From the NCBI GenBank assembly GCA_018238155.1, contig JABCTZ010000026.1:32001-96000 (forward strand): a DNA stretch of 64,000 nt. The letters run 5' to 3'. This stretch comes from Candidatus Heimdallarchaeota archaeon. Lineage in GTDB: Archaea; Asgardarchaeota; Heimdallarchaeia; JABLTI01. The notes beneath the pieces are model-generated. The model saw only the letters and a program-made list of their open reading frames with translations, was not told the origin of the DNA and ran no database searches. Both the position numbers and the translations under genes were made by a program. Shown here in pieces: positions 48,707-57,697 of this stretch. The number at the start of each line of letters is the position of its first letter. Positions within the stretch are counted from its first letter, which is position 1.

Positions 48707-49570
48707 TTATTCTAGATGTTTTGATCTTATATAACGCTTAAGAGCATCTTTCCAATGTGGTAAATCTATATTCATGTTTGCGGCTTTTTCATTTTTTAGA
48801 GCCGAGAACAATGGTCTTCTCATCTTCCCTGTTAATCCTTTCCGGTCTACAGGAATTAATTTAATACTTATATCCAATATTTTAAATATTTCCTCAGTTA
48901 ATTCATACCAAGTACAAAAACCTTGATTCACCAAATGATAAATTCCTGGTTGTTTTGACTTATGGTCTACCAACTTCAGAACCGCTTTACTTAAATCACT
49001 AGTAAATGTTGGTGAGACTGTTTGATCATTACTCATTTCTAGGAGAGATAATCGTTTAGAATCCTTTATTCTTTTTTCTATAAAATTACCTCCTTTTGAT
49101 GTTGCTCCTTGAAAACCATACAATCCGCATGTTCTAATAATGATAGATTTTGAGTAGGAAATAGCCGCAAATTCTCCAGCTAGTTTAGATAACCCATATA
49201 TTTGAAGTGGACCAGGTACATCAGTTTCTATATATTGTTCTCCTTTTCTTCCATCAAATACATAGTCAGTACTAAAAGATACAAACCAAACATCAAATTC
49301 ACTTGTAATTTCAGCCATATCTTTGACAGCTAGGCAATTTGCTTGAAATGCTTCTAATGGATGATCTTCACATAATGGAACATTATGATACGCAGCTGTA
49401 TTGATTACAATTTCTGGTTGAAATTCTTTCATTGCAGACAGAAAGGATTGTTTATCTGTTATATCTAGTTCACTTTTATTTGGTGCTAAAACCTCATTAC
49501 TCGTTGTACTAAGATCATGTATTAAAGCAGAACCTAATTGACCTGTTTTTCCGATTACTAAATATTTCAT
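48707..49570 (-). CDS. rfbD: dTDP-4-dehydrorhamnose reductase-like (RfbD/RmlD)
   Basis: GKTGQLG, NTAAYH, STDYVFDG, YGLSKLAGE, SPT, RPLFSAL. Confidence 0.87.
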   Translation of the reverse strand: MKYLVIGKTGQLGSALIHDLSTTSNEVLAPNKSELDITDKQSFLSAMKEFQPEIVINTAAYHNVPLCEDHPLEAFQANCLAVKDMAEITSEFDVWFVSFSTDYVFDGRKGEQYIETDVPGPLQIYGLSKLAGEFAAISYSKSIIIRTCGLYGFQGATSKGGNFIEKRIKDSKRLSLLEMSNDQTVSPTFTSDLSKAVLKLVDHKSKQPGIYHLVNQGFCTWYELTEEIFKILDISIKLIPVDRKGLTGKMRRPLFSALKNEKAANMNIDLPHWKDALKRYIRSKHLE

Positions 49571-50127
49571 AAAGAATCACTTACAATGCCTTTGAAATTT
49601 TTATCTAAAAGTTCATAATTTTTATCCTTTTCTGAAATATCAGTAATTTCTTGCGACCATGGAATATTCACTAAGGGATCATTATATCTAATTCCTCTTT
49701 CAAACTCTTTATCATAATATTCTGTGTGGAAATAGAGTAATGCAGCATTTTCTGTAATGGTTTGAAATCCGTGAGCAAATCCTTCTGATATGTAAATCAT
49801 TTTCAAGTTATCTTCACTTAGAAGTTCTGTATGGTAGCTTAGAAAAGTAGGTGAATTTTTCCTAATATCTATTATTACATCAAATACTGAACCTTGAAGG
49901 CATTTTATAATCTTGCACTCAGCTCTGGGTTGTTTCTGATAATGCATACCTCTAATACTGCCTTTCTGCTTAGTCAATGAATGATTTATTTGAACAATCT
50001 CTTTTTTGTGAATTATTTCTTTAAACTCATTCTTACAAAATAATCTAGTAAACATTCCCCTGTGATCTTTAAAAGGATCAAGCATGATTACATATGCTCC
50101 TTCAAATGGAGTTTCAATAAACCTCAT
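49567..50127 (-). CDS. rfbC: dTDP-4-dehydrorhamnose 3,5-epimerase-like (RfbC/RmlC)
   Basis: DHRGMF, RGMHYQ, DIRKNSPTF, GFAHGF, YNDP. Confidence 0.9.
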   Translation of the reverse strand: MRFIETPFEGAYVIMLDPFKDHRGMFTRLFCKNEFKEIIHKKEIVQINHSLTKQKGSIRGMHYQKQPRAECKIIKCLQGSVFDVIIDIRKNSPTFLSYHTELLSEDNLKMIYISEGFAHGFQTITENAALLYFHTEYYDKEFERGIRYNDPLVNIPWSQEITDISEKDKNYELLDKNFKGIVSDSL

Positions 50128-51359
50128 TAAACCATCTCAAGATTCGGTATAGGGATGATGAATTTACCACCTTTTTTATGATATACCTTTTGTTGTTCCA
50201 TAATCTCTTTAGCAAAATTCCAAGCGAAAATAAGTAAATAATCAGGTTGTTTTTCTAGAATATAATCAGGTGAAACTATTGGGATTTTTTTCCCAGGCAT
50301 ATAAAATCCTTGTTTGTGAGGATTACGGTCAGCAACAAAATCAATTACATCATTTCCAATATCCAAGTAGTTCGTTAAAACAGCTCCTTTTGCTGCAGCA
50401 CCGTAAGCAGCAATTGATTTGTCCTCTGCTTTTAATCTAATTAGAAGATTTTTTAATTCTCTACCAATCTGTATTGCTTGCTTAGCAAAATTTTGATAGT
50501 AGTTAATTTGCCATAATCCTAATTCCTTCTCTTCTTTCAAAAGTAATTCTTTGTTTTGAGTTATCTTATCTTGATGCTGTTCGTGCATAATTTTTATCCT
50601 TAAAGACCCTCCATGAATAGCTGTTCGTTCTATATCAACTATAATTAGATGATGATTCTTGAAAAGGTTATCAATAGATGAAAGAGAATAATAACACAAG
50701 TGTTCATGATAGATTGTATCGAATTCATTTTTATCAATCATATCTCGAACATATGGGAATTCGAAAATACCAATTCCATCATCTTTTAGAATTATTCTTA
50801 TCCCTTCAATAAAATCATTCAAACCTGCAATGTGAGCTAAAACATTATTTCCAATAATAACATCAGCAGTTTTATTTTCCGCTTTTAATTTTGTAGCTGT
50901 TTCACTATTAAAAAATTCACAGAGAGTTGGTATACCTTTTTCCTCTGAAATTTTTGCTACATTTTCTGCTGGTTCTATACCTAAAACTGGAACATTATAG
51001 GTTTTAAAGTATTGAAGCAAATAACCATCATTACTGGCAATTTCAATAACAAGATTTTCTTCTGTTAATCCTTGTTCCTTAACAAGTTTATCAACAAGCT
51101 TCTTAGAATGTTGAAGCATAGTATCTGAAAAAGAAGAAAAGTAATAATATTTACTAAATAAAATTCTAGGATCAACTGTTTCATTTATTTGTACTAAAGA
51201 GCATTTAGGGCAAAAAACTAATTCTAAGGGATATTGTTTTTCTTGTTTATTGATATCTTTGTTTGAAACAAGAGCATTAGCCAAAGGTAAAATACCTAAT
51301 GAGAGGATAGTTTCTATGTTAAAAGACTCACATGACCTGCAACTGAAATTTTTTTTCAT
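50127..51359 (-). CDS. NDP-hexose C3-methyltransferase (TylC3/EryBIII-like)
   Basis: CRSC...CPKCSLVQ, EIASNDGYLL, NNVLAH, FDTIYHEH, HGGSLR, YGAAAKG, AWNF. Confidence 0.88.
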   Translation of the reverse strand: MKKNFSCRSCESFNIETILSLGILPLANALVSNKDINKQEKQYPLELVFCPKCSLVQINETVDPRILFSKYYYFSSFSDTMLQHSKKLVDKLVKEQGLTEENLVIEIASNDGYLLQYFKTYNVPVLGIEPAENVAKISEEKGIPTLCEFFNSETATKLKAENKTADVIIGNNVLAHIAGLNDFIEGIRIILKDDGIGIFEFPYVRDMIDKNEFDTIYHEHLCYYSLSSIDNLFKNHHLIIVDIERTAIHGGSLRIKIMHEQHQDKITQNKELLLKEEKELGLWQINYYQNFAKQAIQIGRELKNLLIRLKAEDKSIAAYGAAAKGAVLTNYLDIGNDVIDFVADRNPHKQGFYMPGKKIPIVSPDYILEKQPDYLLIFAWNFAKEIMEQQKVYHKKGGKFIIPIPNLEMV

Positions 51360-51488
51360 ATTAAATACACCAAAACCATATTTGTACTCATTTTGACTAA
51401 TTCCGATTTATTTGTGTTTTACTCCATGGTAAAATGCTTTATTGCACATGTTAGGATAATTATTTTACAGAGTATTTCAAACCTATAT

Positions 51489-51587
51489 TTATTTAAGTTC
51501 GTTTATCCTTCTTCTAATTTCATTGACAGATAGAGGTTCCTCATTAGAAAAATTGAAGGCTTCTCCATGAATTTTGTTATCCGCCAT
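51489..51587 (-). pseudogene. Remnant of an NAD-dependent sugar epimerase/dehydratase (rfbG position)
   Basis: 32-codon MADNKIHGEAFNFSNEEPLSVNEIRRRINELK contains the GEAFNF...P.SV.E motif; lies directly after rfbF. Confidence 0.55.
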
Positions 51588-51615
51588 TTTACTTCAACCT
51601 TCTTACAAATAAAGA

Positions 51616-52422
51616 CTATTTCCATAATTTCCAGAAAGCGTCATTATTATTCCAGAGCTTGTTTAAATAATTCATATCTCTAACATTATCCATACAAGCC
51701 CACATTCCAGGAAGCTTGTACATTTGAACATTGCCCTTTCCAGCAAGGTCTTCTAAAGGACCAATCTCGAAATCAGCATTTACATCAGAAGAAAGATAAT
51801 CAAAAAGTTCTGTTTCATGAACCATAAATCCACCATTTATTAATCCCTGTGAGGCTTGTGGTTTTTCACTAAATGAGATTATTTCTGAACCTTTGTGAAT
51901 TATTTCTCCAAATCTTGAAGGAGGATGAACACCTGTTAGTGTACTTATTTTTCCATGGGATTTATGAAATTTAAGAAGTGCATTTATGTCTATATTAGCA
52001 ACACCATCTCCATATGTTAATATGAATCTATCAGTACTAACATATTTCTCGATTCGTTTTACACGCCCACCTTTTAGAGTCTGGAGTCCAGTATCTACCA
52101 ATTTAACATTCCAGTCTACTATTTCTGACTCATCTAAATATTCATACTTACCAGTTTTCATTTCAATTTCAAAATTATTAGTGTACTCTTTATAGAACAT
52201 AAAGTAGTGTTTTATTTTATCCGATTGATAACCCAGAGTTAAAATGAAATTATTATATCCCCAATGTGAATATATTTTCATTACATGCCAGAGAATAGGT
52301 TTTCCTCCAATTTCAATCATAGGCTTAGGTTTACTCATTGTTTCAATTCCTAATCTAGTTCCTAACCCACCGCATAAAATTACTACCGGGATATCTTTAT
52401 CCTCATTAACCAAAGCATTCAC
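51616..52422 (-). CDS. rfbF: Glucose-1-phosphate cytidylyltransferase
   Basis: ILCGGLGTRL, KPKPMIEIGGKPILWHVMKIY, VDTG...GGR, TYGDG, INGGF, WACMD, WKLW. Confidence 0.92.
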   Translation of the reverse strand: MNALVNEDKDIPVVILCGGLGTRLGIETMSKPKPMIEIGGKPILWHVMKIYSHWGYNNFILTLGYQSDKIKHYFMFYKEYTNNFEIEMKTGKYEYLDESEIVDWNVKLVDTGLQTLKGGRVKRIEKYVSTDRFILTYGDGVANIDINALLKFHKSHGKISTLTGVHPPSRFGEIIHKGSEIISFSEKPQASQGLINGGFMVHETELFDYLSSDVNADFEIGPLEDLAGKGNVQMYKLPGMWACMDNVRDMNYLNKLWNNNDAFWKLWK

Positions 52423-52546
52423 AAACTATTTCTAATTTATTGAAATAAGTAAACTGGACTTCTATATAAATAGCTTTTCATGGAATGTCAATGCTTTTAT
52501 TTTTGAAAATAAAATTTTTTTAGTGAAGAAAAAATAATAAAGAAGA

Positions 52547-52586
52547 AAGAAAAATACGACCACTTAATTGGTCTTATTTTCTTTTA
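52547..52586. terminator. Hairpin between 52684..53364 and rfbF
   Basis: AAGAAAAAATACGACCA-CTTAAT-TGGTCTTATTTTCTT imperfect inverted repeat with A/T flanks. Confidence 0.45.
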
Positions 52587-52683
52587 CTTATCACGACTAT
52601 AGCATTTTTGGCAAGAAGTGCTCGCATCAATACTTTCTCCATATGTTGGGCAGATAGTAATGTTTGAACCTCTATTTTTGTCA

Positions 52684-53364
52684 TCAGTTTTCTTTATTTG
52701 AATCAATAATGCTTTGTTCTAGATTAACCAAATACTTGTCAAAATCGCCTACTCCGTCTGATTTCAAATAGGAATCAATAATTATACTTGTCAATCTCTT
52801 AAGTTTTGCTGCTTGCAATTCAAAATCTGAATCGTCAGCTGTCAATGTTAGATAATGAGCTAGCTGTTGTTTAATCATATCTTCTCCTTCAAGATTTATC
52901 TCCAACTTATTGGCTATTTGAGATAATATTTTATAATTGTGAACCCACCAACCAAGTGAAACAATGAGCTCTTTTGGTTGGGGAACATAAGTATAAGGAT
53001 TCCTTGCAACATTGACAGCTGTAGTCTGAGACCATAATTTTAGAAATTTATCATAAATATAACCACCTACAACAAAAATGACTAAAATAAATAATGTAAA
53101 AACTAATATTATCCAAAAAGGAATGTTTTCAGGATCTGGAACCCATGCACCAGGAAGATATTTTGCATAGGCTAAAGAAAGTAATAGAGCAAACGTAACT
53201 AAACCAAACATTGCTCTTGATTGATCTATTCGGAATCGCCATCGCATAGAAAAAAGTTTTAGCCACTTTCCAGATTTTTTAGCTGAAACTTTCATTTTTT
53301 CCCTTTTTTCAATCCTCGAAATTTTACTCTCATCATTTTTTTCAATTCTTGATTTTTTACTCAT
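52684..53364 (-). CDS. Hypothetical 2-TM membrane protein
   Basis: 226-aa ORF, two hydrophobic helices, GYIYDK...W...RNPY motif. Confidence 0.7.
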   Translation of the reverse strand: MSKKSRIEKNDESKISRIEKREKMKVSAKKSGKWLKLFSMRWRFRIDQSRAMFGLVTFALLLSLAYAKYLPGAWVPDPENIPFWIILVFTLFILVIFVVGGYIYDKFLKLWSQTTAVNVARNPYTYVPQPKELIVSLGWWVHNYKILSQIANKLEINLEGEDMIKQQLAHYLTLTADDSDFELQAAKLKRLTSIIIDSYLKSDGVGDFDKYLVNLEQSIIDSNKEN

Positions 53365-53757
53365 TTTTTTTTCCTCAATAACTTTACTATTTTCTTTATT
53401 AGGTAAGATAATTACCTCTCGGAATTTTAGTTTGATAATTTAGATTTCTTTGTTACTTTATTGAATATTTCTAACACTTTTATGTTTTCAAAAAATATCT
53501 GTTTACAACAAAGGGTATTTTTTTTGAATTGTGTGTTATTATTGCTTGTCAATATTTAAATAGTAAAGTAGACTTTCTACCAAACAGGTCTATCAAAAAT
53601 TGTCTAGGCAAATAAAATTTCGTTTTTACTGTAAATGATTGAATCCTTGCGAGATTCTCACAACAAAGCATTTATACAAATTCAACGATATTTTACTTAA
53701 TAATCCTTTACAAATGACAAAGTTCAGTGTTATCTGAATTGTTTGGGTGGGTAAGAA

Positions 53758-54795
53758 ATTTCAAAGAAGATTGGTATACCACGAGCTTTAATTTACTACA
53801 AATTTGGTGATTTATGGAAAACATTTTTCACTGAATTGGGTCAAGAAGTTGTTATTTCAACTGAAACAACAAAAAAAATAAGAGAAATAGCAATTAGATC
53901 TGCCCCTGATGAAGACTGTTATTCTTCAAAATTATACTTTGGGCATGTTCTTAGCTTAAAAGACAAAGTCGATTATCTCTTCATACCTCGATTTGGCAGT
54001 AATCATCCAGTAAATGTTGGATGTCCTAAATTCCTTGGATTAGCAGAAGTATTAGAATCGATGTTCTCAGATTTACCACCAATAATTAAACCATATTTTT
54101 CACGAGCAAAAGGTGGACATAAAACCTATCACTTACTTGCAAAAGCATTCGCAATTGGTTGGAAATTTACCAAAAATCCTATTAAAATTGTAAGAGCAAT
54201 TCGTAAGGCAATACAAGCTCACAAACAACACAAGGATGAGCTAGTTATTGATGAAGAAATGTTACATAAATGGGAACGATCTGAAATATATCTTAACGAT
54301 GAACCAATAGCTCAAGAAGGAGAAAGACCACTTAAAATTGCTTTAGTAGGTCACTCGTATGTCATCAATGATGACTATTCATCACTTGACATGCGCAAAA
54401 AATTGAAAGAGCATGGTGTAGATATAATAACTTCAGAACAAATGCCTCGAGATTTAATTGAGAAGCAAATGGAAAAGCTAGATTTCAATATGTATTTTGA
54501 TTATGAGCGTGAAATTTTAGGTACAATAATGCATTTCCAAGAAACAGGAACAATTGACGGGATAGTTCACATGATTATTTTTAGTTGTGGTCCTGATTCT
54601 ATCGCTGGAGAGATGGCTGCGCGGTTCAATCGCAGAAATCCAAATGTTCAATTACTTCAACTAGTATTGGATGATTTAACAGCAGAAACCGGTATGAATA
54701 CAAGAATAGAAGCCTTTACAGATATGTTAAGGAGGAAGATAACTAAAGATGCCATTCACATTCCCACACTTCGGGTCTCTGAAGTACGTGTTTGA
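53758..54795 (+). CDS. Acyl-CoA dehydratase activase-related protein (DUF2229-like)
   Basis: KIGIPRALIYY...WKTFFTELG lies in frame upstream of the tracked TTG; CYSSKLYFGHV, CPKFLGL, GHSY, FSCGPDS, TRIEAF; apparent ATT start at 53758. Confidence 0.8.
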   Translation: MSKKIGIPRALIYYKFGDLWKTFFTELGQEVVISTETTKKIREIAIRSAPDEDCYSSKLYFGHVLSLKDKVDYLFIPRFGSNHPVNVGCPKFLGLAEVLESMFSDLPPIIKPYFSRAKGGHKTYHLLAKAFAIGWKFTKNPIKIVRAIRKAIQAHKQHKDELVIDEEMLHKWERSEIYLNDEPIAQEGERPLKIALVGHSYVINDDYSSLDMRKKLKEHGVDIITSEQMPRDLIEKQMEKLDFNMYFDYEREILGTIMHFQETGTIDGIVHMIIFSCGPDSIAGEMAARFNRRNPNVQLLQLVLDDLTAETGMNTRIEAFTDMLRRKITKDAIHIPTLRVSEVRV

Positions 54796-55846
54796 AATTA
54801 TGTTAAGAGAACTAGGAAGAACGGATGTCATTATTCCTAATAAACCTAGTAAAAGAACTTCAGAACTAGGTGGACAACATTCACCTGAATTTATTTGTAC
54901 TCCCTTCAAAATTACTTTAGGAACATTCATTGAATCATTAGATCGTGGAGCAACGGAATTGGGTATGGGTGGATGCAATGCTTATTGCAGATTTGGTTAT
55001 TATTGGCCAGTACAGAAATTAATTTTAGAGGACCTTGGTTACGACTTTAAATTTGTTACTCTAAATTACGAATCTCCAATGGAAATTCTTCAAACTTGTA
55101 AAAGAGACATCAGCCCACCGGGATATAACATACTGCAAATTATACGGGGATTTAGATTTGCTTGGGTTGTTAATAGGCTTACAGATTTGACTGATCAATT
55201 AGTTTACAAGTATCGTGCAGTTGAACTTGAGAAGAATACAGCTGAACAGGTAGCTGATGAAGCTTTTCAATTAATTCGAGAAGCCAAAAGTATTCGTCAA
55301 CTCAGAAGATTGCAGAGAAGATTACCAAAGATTTTTGAGAACAAAGTAGAGATTGACAAAGAAGTAAGACCAATTAAAGTGGCTATAAATGGAGAAATCT
55401 ATGTTGTTCTTGAACCATCACTTAATTTAGACATTCATAGAAAATTGAATGAACTTGGAGTAATAGTTGCTAATCCAATTACACTGCGAAAATTCATTGA
55501 TGTCCCTCAAAATCTTAATCCATTTAAGAAAACACATTGGCAAAAATCTATTGACGCATCTCATAATTATCTGGAACATCGATGTGGTGGAGAATCTCAA
55601 GAGAATCTTGGAGATGCGATAACATACAAAAAAGAAGGGTATGATGGACTTATCCATTTGTATCCGTTTACATGCATGCCTGAAATTATCTCGAGAAGTA
55701 TCTTTCCACAAATTAGCAAAGAATATGACATGCCTGTCCTTTCTTTAGTTGTTGATGAACAAACAGGTGAGGTAGGATTTCAAACGAGATTAGAAGCTTT
55801 TATTGACCTTATAGCAAGAAAAAGAGAAAGAGACTTAGGATACTAG
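54749..55846 (+). CDS. 2-hydroxyacyl-CoA dehydratase/activase-associated protein
   Basis: TFPHFG, SPEFICTPFK, CRFGYY, GEIYV, PFTCMPE, DEQTGEVGFQTRLEAF. Confidence 0.82.
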   Translation: MPFTFPHFGSLKYVFEIMLRELGRTDVIIPNKPSKRTSELGGQHSPEFICTPFKITLGTFIESLDRGATELGMGGCNAYCRFGYYWPVQKLILEDLGYDFKFVTLNYESPMEILQTCKRDISPPGYNILQIIRGFRFAWVVNRLTDLTDQLVYKYRAVELEKNTAEQVADEAFQLIREAKSIRQLRRLQRRLPKIFENKVEIDKEVRPIKVAINGEIYVVLEPSLNLDIHRKLNELGVIVANPITLRKFIDVPQNLNPFKKTHWQKSIDASHNYLEHRCGGESQENLGDAITYKKEGYDGLIHLYPFTCMPEIISRSIFPQISKEYDMPVLSLVVDEQTGEVGFQTRLEAFIDLIARKRERDLGY

Positions 55847-55847
55847 A

Positions 55848-56012
55848 AAAACAGCTTTTTACTGTTGGGATATCCCTGATATGAAATTCGAGATAACAGG
55901 TTTTGAACGCGATGTCTGTTCTAATATTTGTGAAATAGTTGAAATCAAAAATAATGACAAGTAAAAATCCCTTTGGGAAAGTCGTTGTGGAAAGTGGGAT
56001 TTAACTGATTAA
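55848..56012 (+). pseudogene. 3' remnant of a CoA-substrate-specific enzyme activase
   Basis: KTAFYCWDIPDMKFEITGFERDVCSNICEIVEIKNNDK*KSLWESRCGKWDLTD*, like the activase tail F.C..C.N.CE...RC.KW, with an internal stop. Confidence 0.65.
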
Positions 56013-56099
56013 GTAACTATTTATCCTTTACTTTTCTCATTTTTTAACTCCAATACTTAATAATTAATATAATTAATAGCTATTCTTAGGATGACAACT

Positions 56100-57533
56100 A
56101 TGAAAGAATATGATATTATAGCAATAGGTTCTGGTTCTGCAATGAATATCCTCTCTTCAGTTATGAATGCTGATCCAGAGCTCAAGGTTGCAATAATTGA
56201 TAAAGATGAACCAGGTGGGATCTGTTTAACAAAGGGATGTATTCCAACAAAGATTTTATTGTACCCAGCAGAGGTTTTGCGAACTATTGAACGAGCGTCA
56301 TTGTTTGGAATTAATGTTGATATCAAGAAAGTTGATTTCAAATTTATTATGGATAGAATGAGAAATATCATCTATCATGATATTAATAATATCAGTGATG
56401 GTTTGAGCAACGCAGAAGAATTGGATTACTATCGAGAAGTAGCTGAATTCATCGATCCTTATACTCTCAGAGTAGGTAAAGAAAAAATCAAAGGTAAAAT
56501 GATTCTCCTTTGTACAGGTTCAAAACCAAATATACCTAATATCAAAGGAATTGATTCTGTAGACTATCTTACAAGTGATACCATTTTGAAATTGACTGAA
56601 CTTCCTCAGAGCATTACTATTGTTGGTGGAGGGTATATAGCAGCAGAATACGGACATTTTCTCGCAGCTATGGGTTCAAAAGTAACAATTATTGGAAGAA
56701 ACCCTCAATTCCTTCCTCAAGAGGAACCAGAAGTCTCTGCATTAGCTTTGAGTGAGCTTCAGAAGCATATGAGGATAATTACAAATTATGAAGTTACAGA
56801 AGTTATACAAACAAAGGGTGGTAAAATAATCACTAAAGCTACTAATAGAGAAACAAAAGAACAGTTTGAAGCAATTACTGATCAAATATTGGTTGCTGCA
56901 GGAAGAAGTTCAAATTCAGATATATTGAAACCAGAAAAAAGTGGTATTCAAACAGATAAGAACGGTTGGATAACTGTTAACGAGTTTTTAGAAACTTCAC
57001 AAAAGAACATCTGGGCTTTTGGCGATGCTAATGGAAAATATCTCTTCAAACATGCTGCAAATTATGAGTCTCAAATTGTTTACTATAATGCCATTAAGAA
57101 ACAAAAGTACAAAGTTGATTATCACGCTATTCCTCGAGCAGTATTTAGTGAACCAGAAGTAGCTAGCGTTGGCATGAGAGAGAAAGAAGCAATTAAAGAA
57201 TTTGGTGAAGAAAACGTTCTCATTGGTTTCCAAAGATACCAGGATACAGCAAAAGGCACAGCAATGGCATTAGAGAATTTCTTTGTGAAGGTTATTTTGA
57301 AAAAGGATGATTTAGAAATTCTTGGAGCACATATTATTGGTCCCTTTGCTTCGGTACTAATTCAAGAGATAATCAATCTTATGTATACTCAAGAGAGAAC
57401 AATCATTCCAATATTGCAAGGAATGCATATCCATCCTGCTCTCAATGAAGTAGTAGAACGTGCTGCTGGAAATATGATGCCTATAGAACAATATCATCAC
57501 TTTTTGCGTCATTTAGGGTTAGCAGAAAAATAA
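56100..57533 (+). CDS. Pyridine nucleotide-disulfide reductase (dihydrolipoyl dehydrogenase/mycothione reductase-like)
   Basis: IGSGS, GGICLTKGCIPTK, GGGYIAAE, FKHAAN, HIHPALNEV. Confidence 0.88.
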   Translation: MKEYDIIAIGSGSAMNILSSVMNADPELKVAIIDKDEPGGICLTKGCIPTKILLYPAEVLRTIERASLFGINVDIKKVDFKFIMDRMRNIIYHDINNISDGLSNAEELDYYREVAEFIDPYTLRVGKEKIKGKMILLCTGSKPNIPNIKGIDSVDYLTSDTILKLTELPQSITIVGGGYIAAEYGHFLAAMGSKVTIIGRNPQFLPQEEPEVSALALSELQKHMRIITNYEVTEVIQTKGGKIITKATNRETKEQFEAITDQILVAAGRSSNSDILKPEKSGIQTDKNGWITVNEFLETSQKNIWAFGDANGKYLFKHAANYESQIVYYNAIKKQKYKVDYHAIPRAVFSEPEVASVGMREKEAIKEFGEENVLIGFQRYQDTAKGTAMALENFFVKVILKKDDLEILGAHIIGPFASVLIQEIINLMYTQERTIIPILQGMHIHPALNEVVERAAGNMMPIEQYHHFLRHLGLAEK

Positions 57534-57697
57534 AGTATTGAAAATAGTTTTTGCTATTTTCTTTTTTTGTTTATTCATAATTCTAAAGTCTTTTTTGATA
57601 CAAATAAAGTTTAACTTTTTTCATTCACTATCCTTCATAAAAAATTAATGCAAAACATTTTAAGAAACAGCTACTTCAATATTCGAGAGGAATAACT

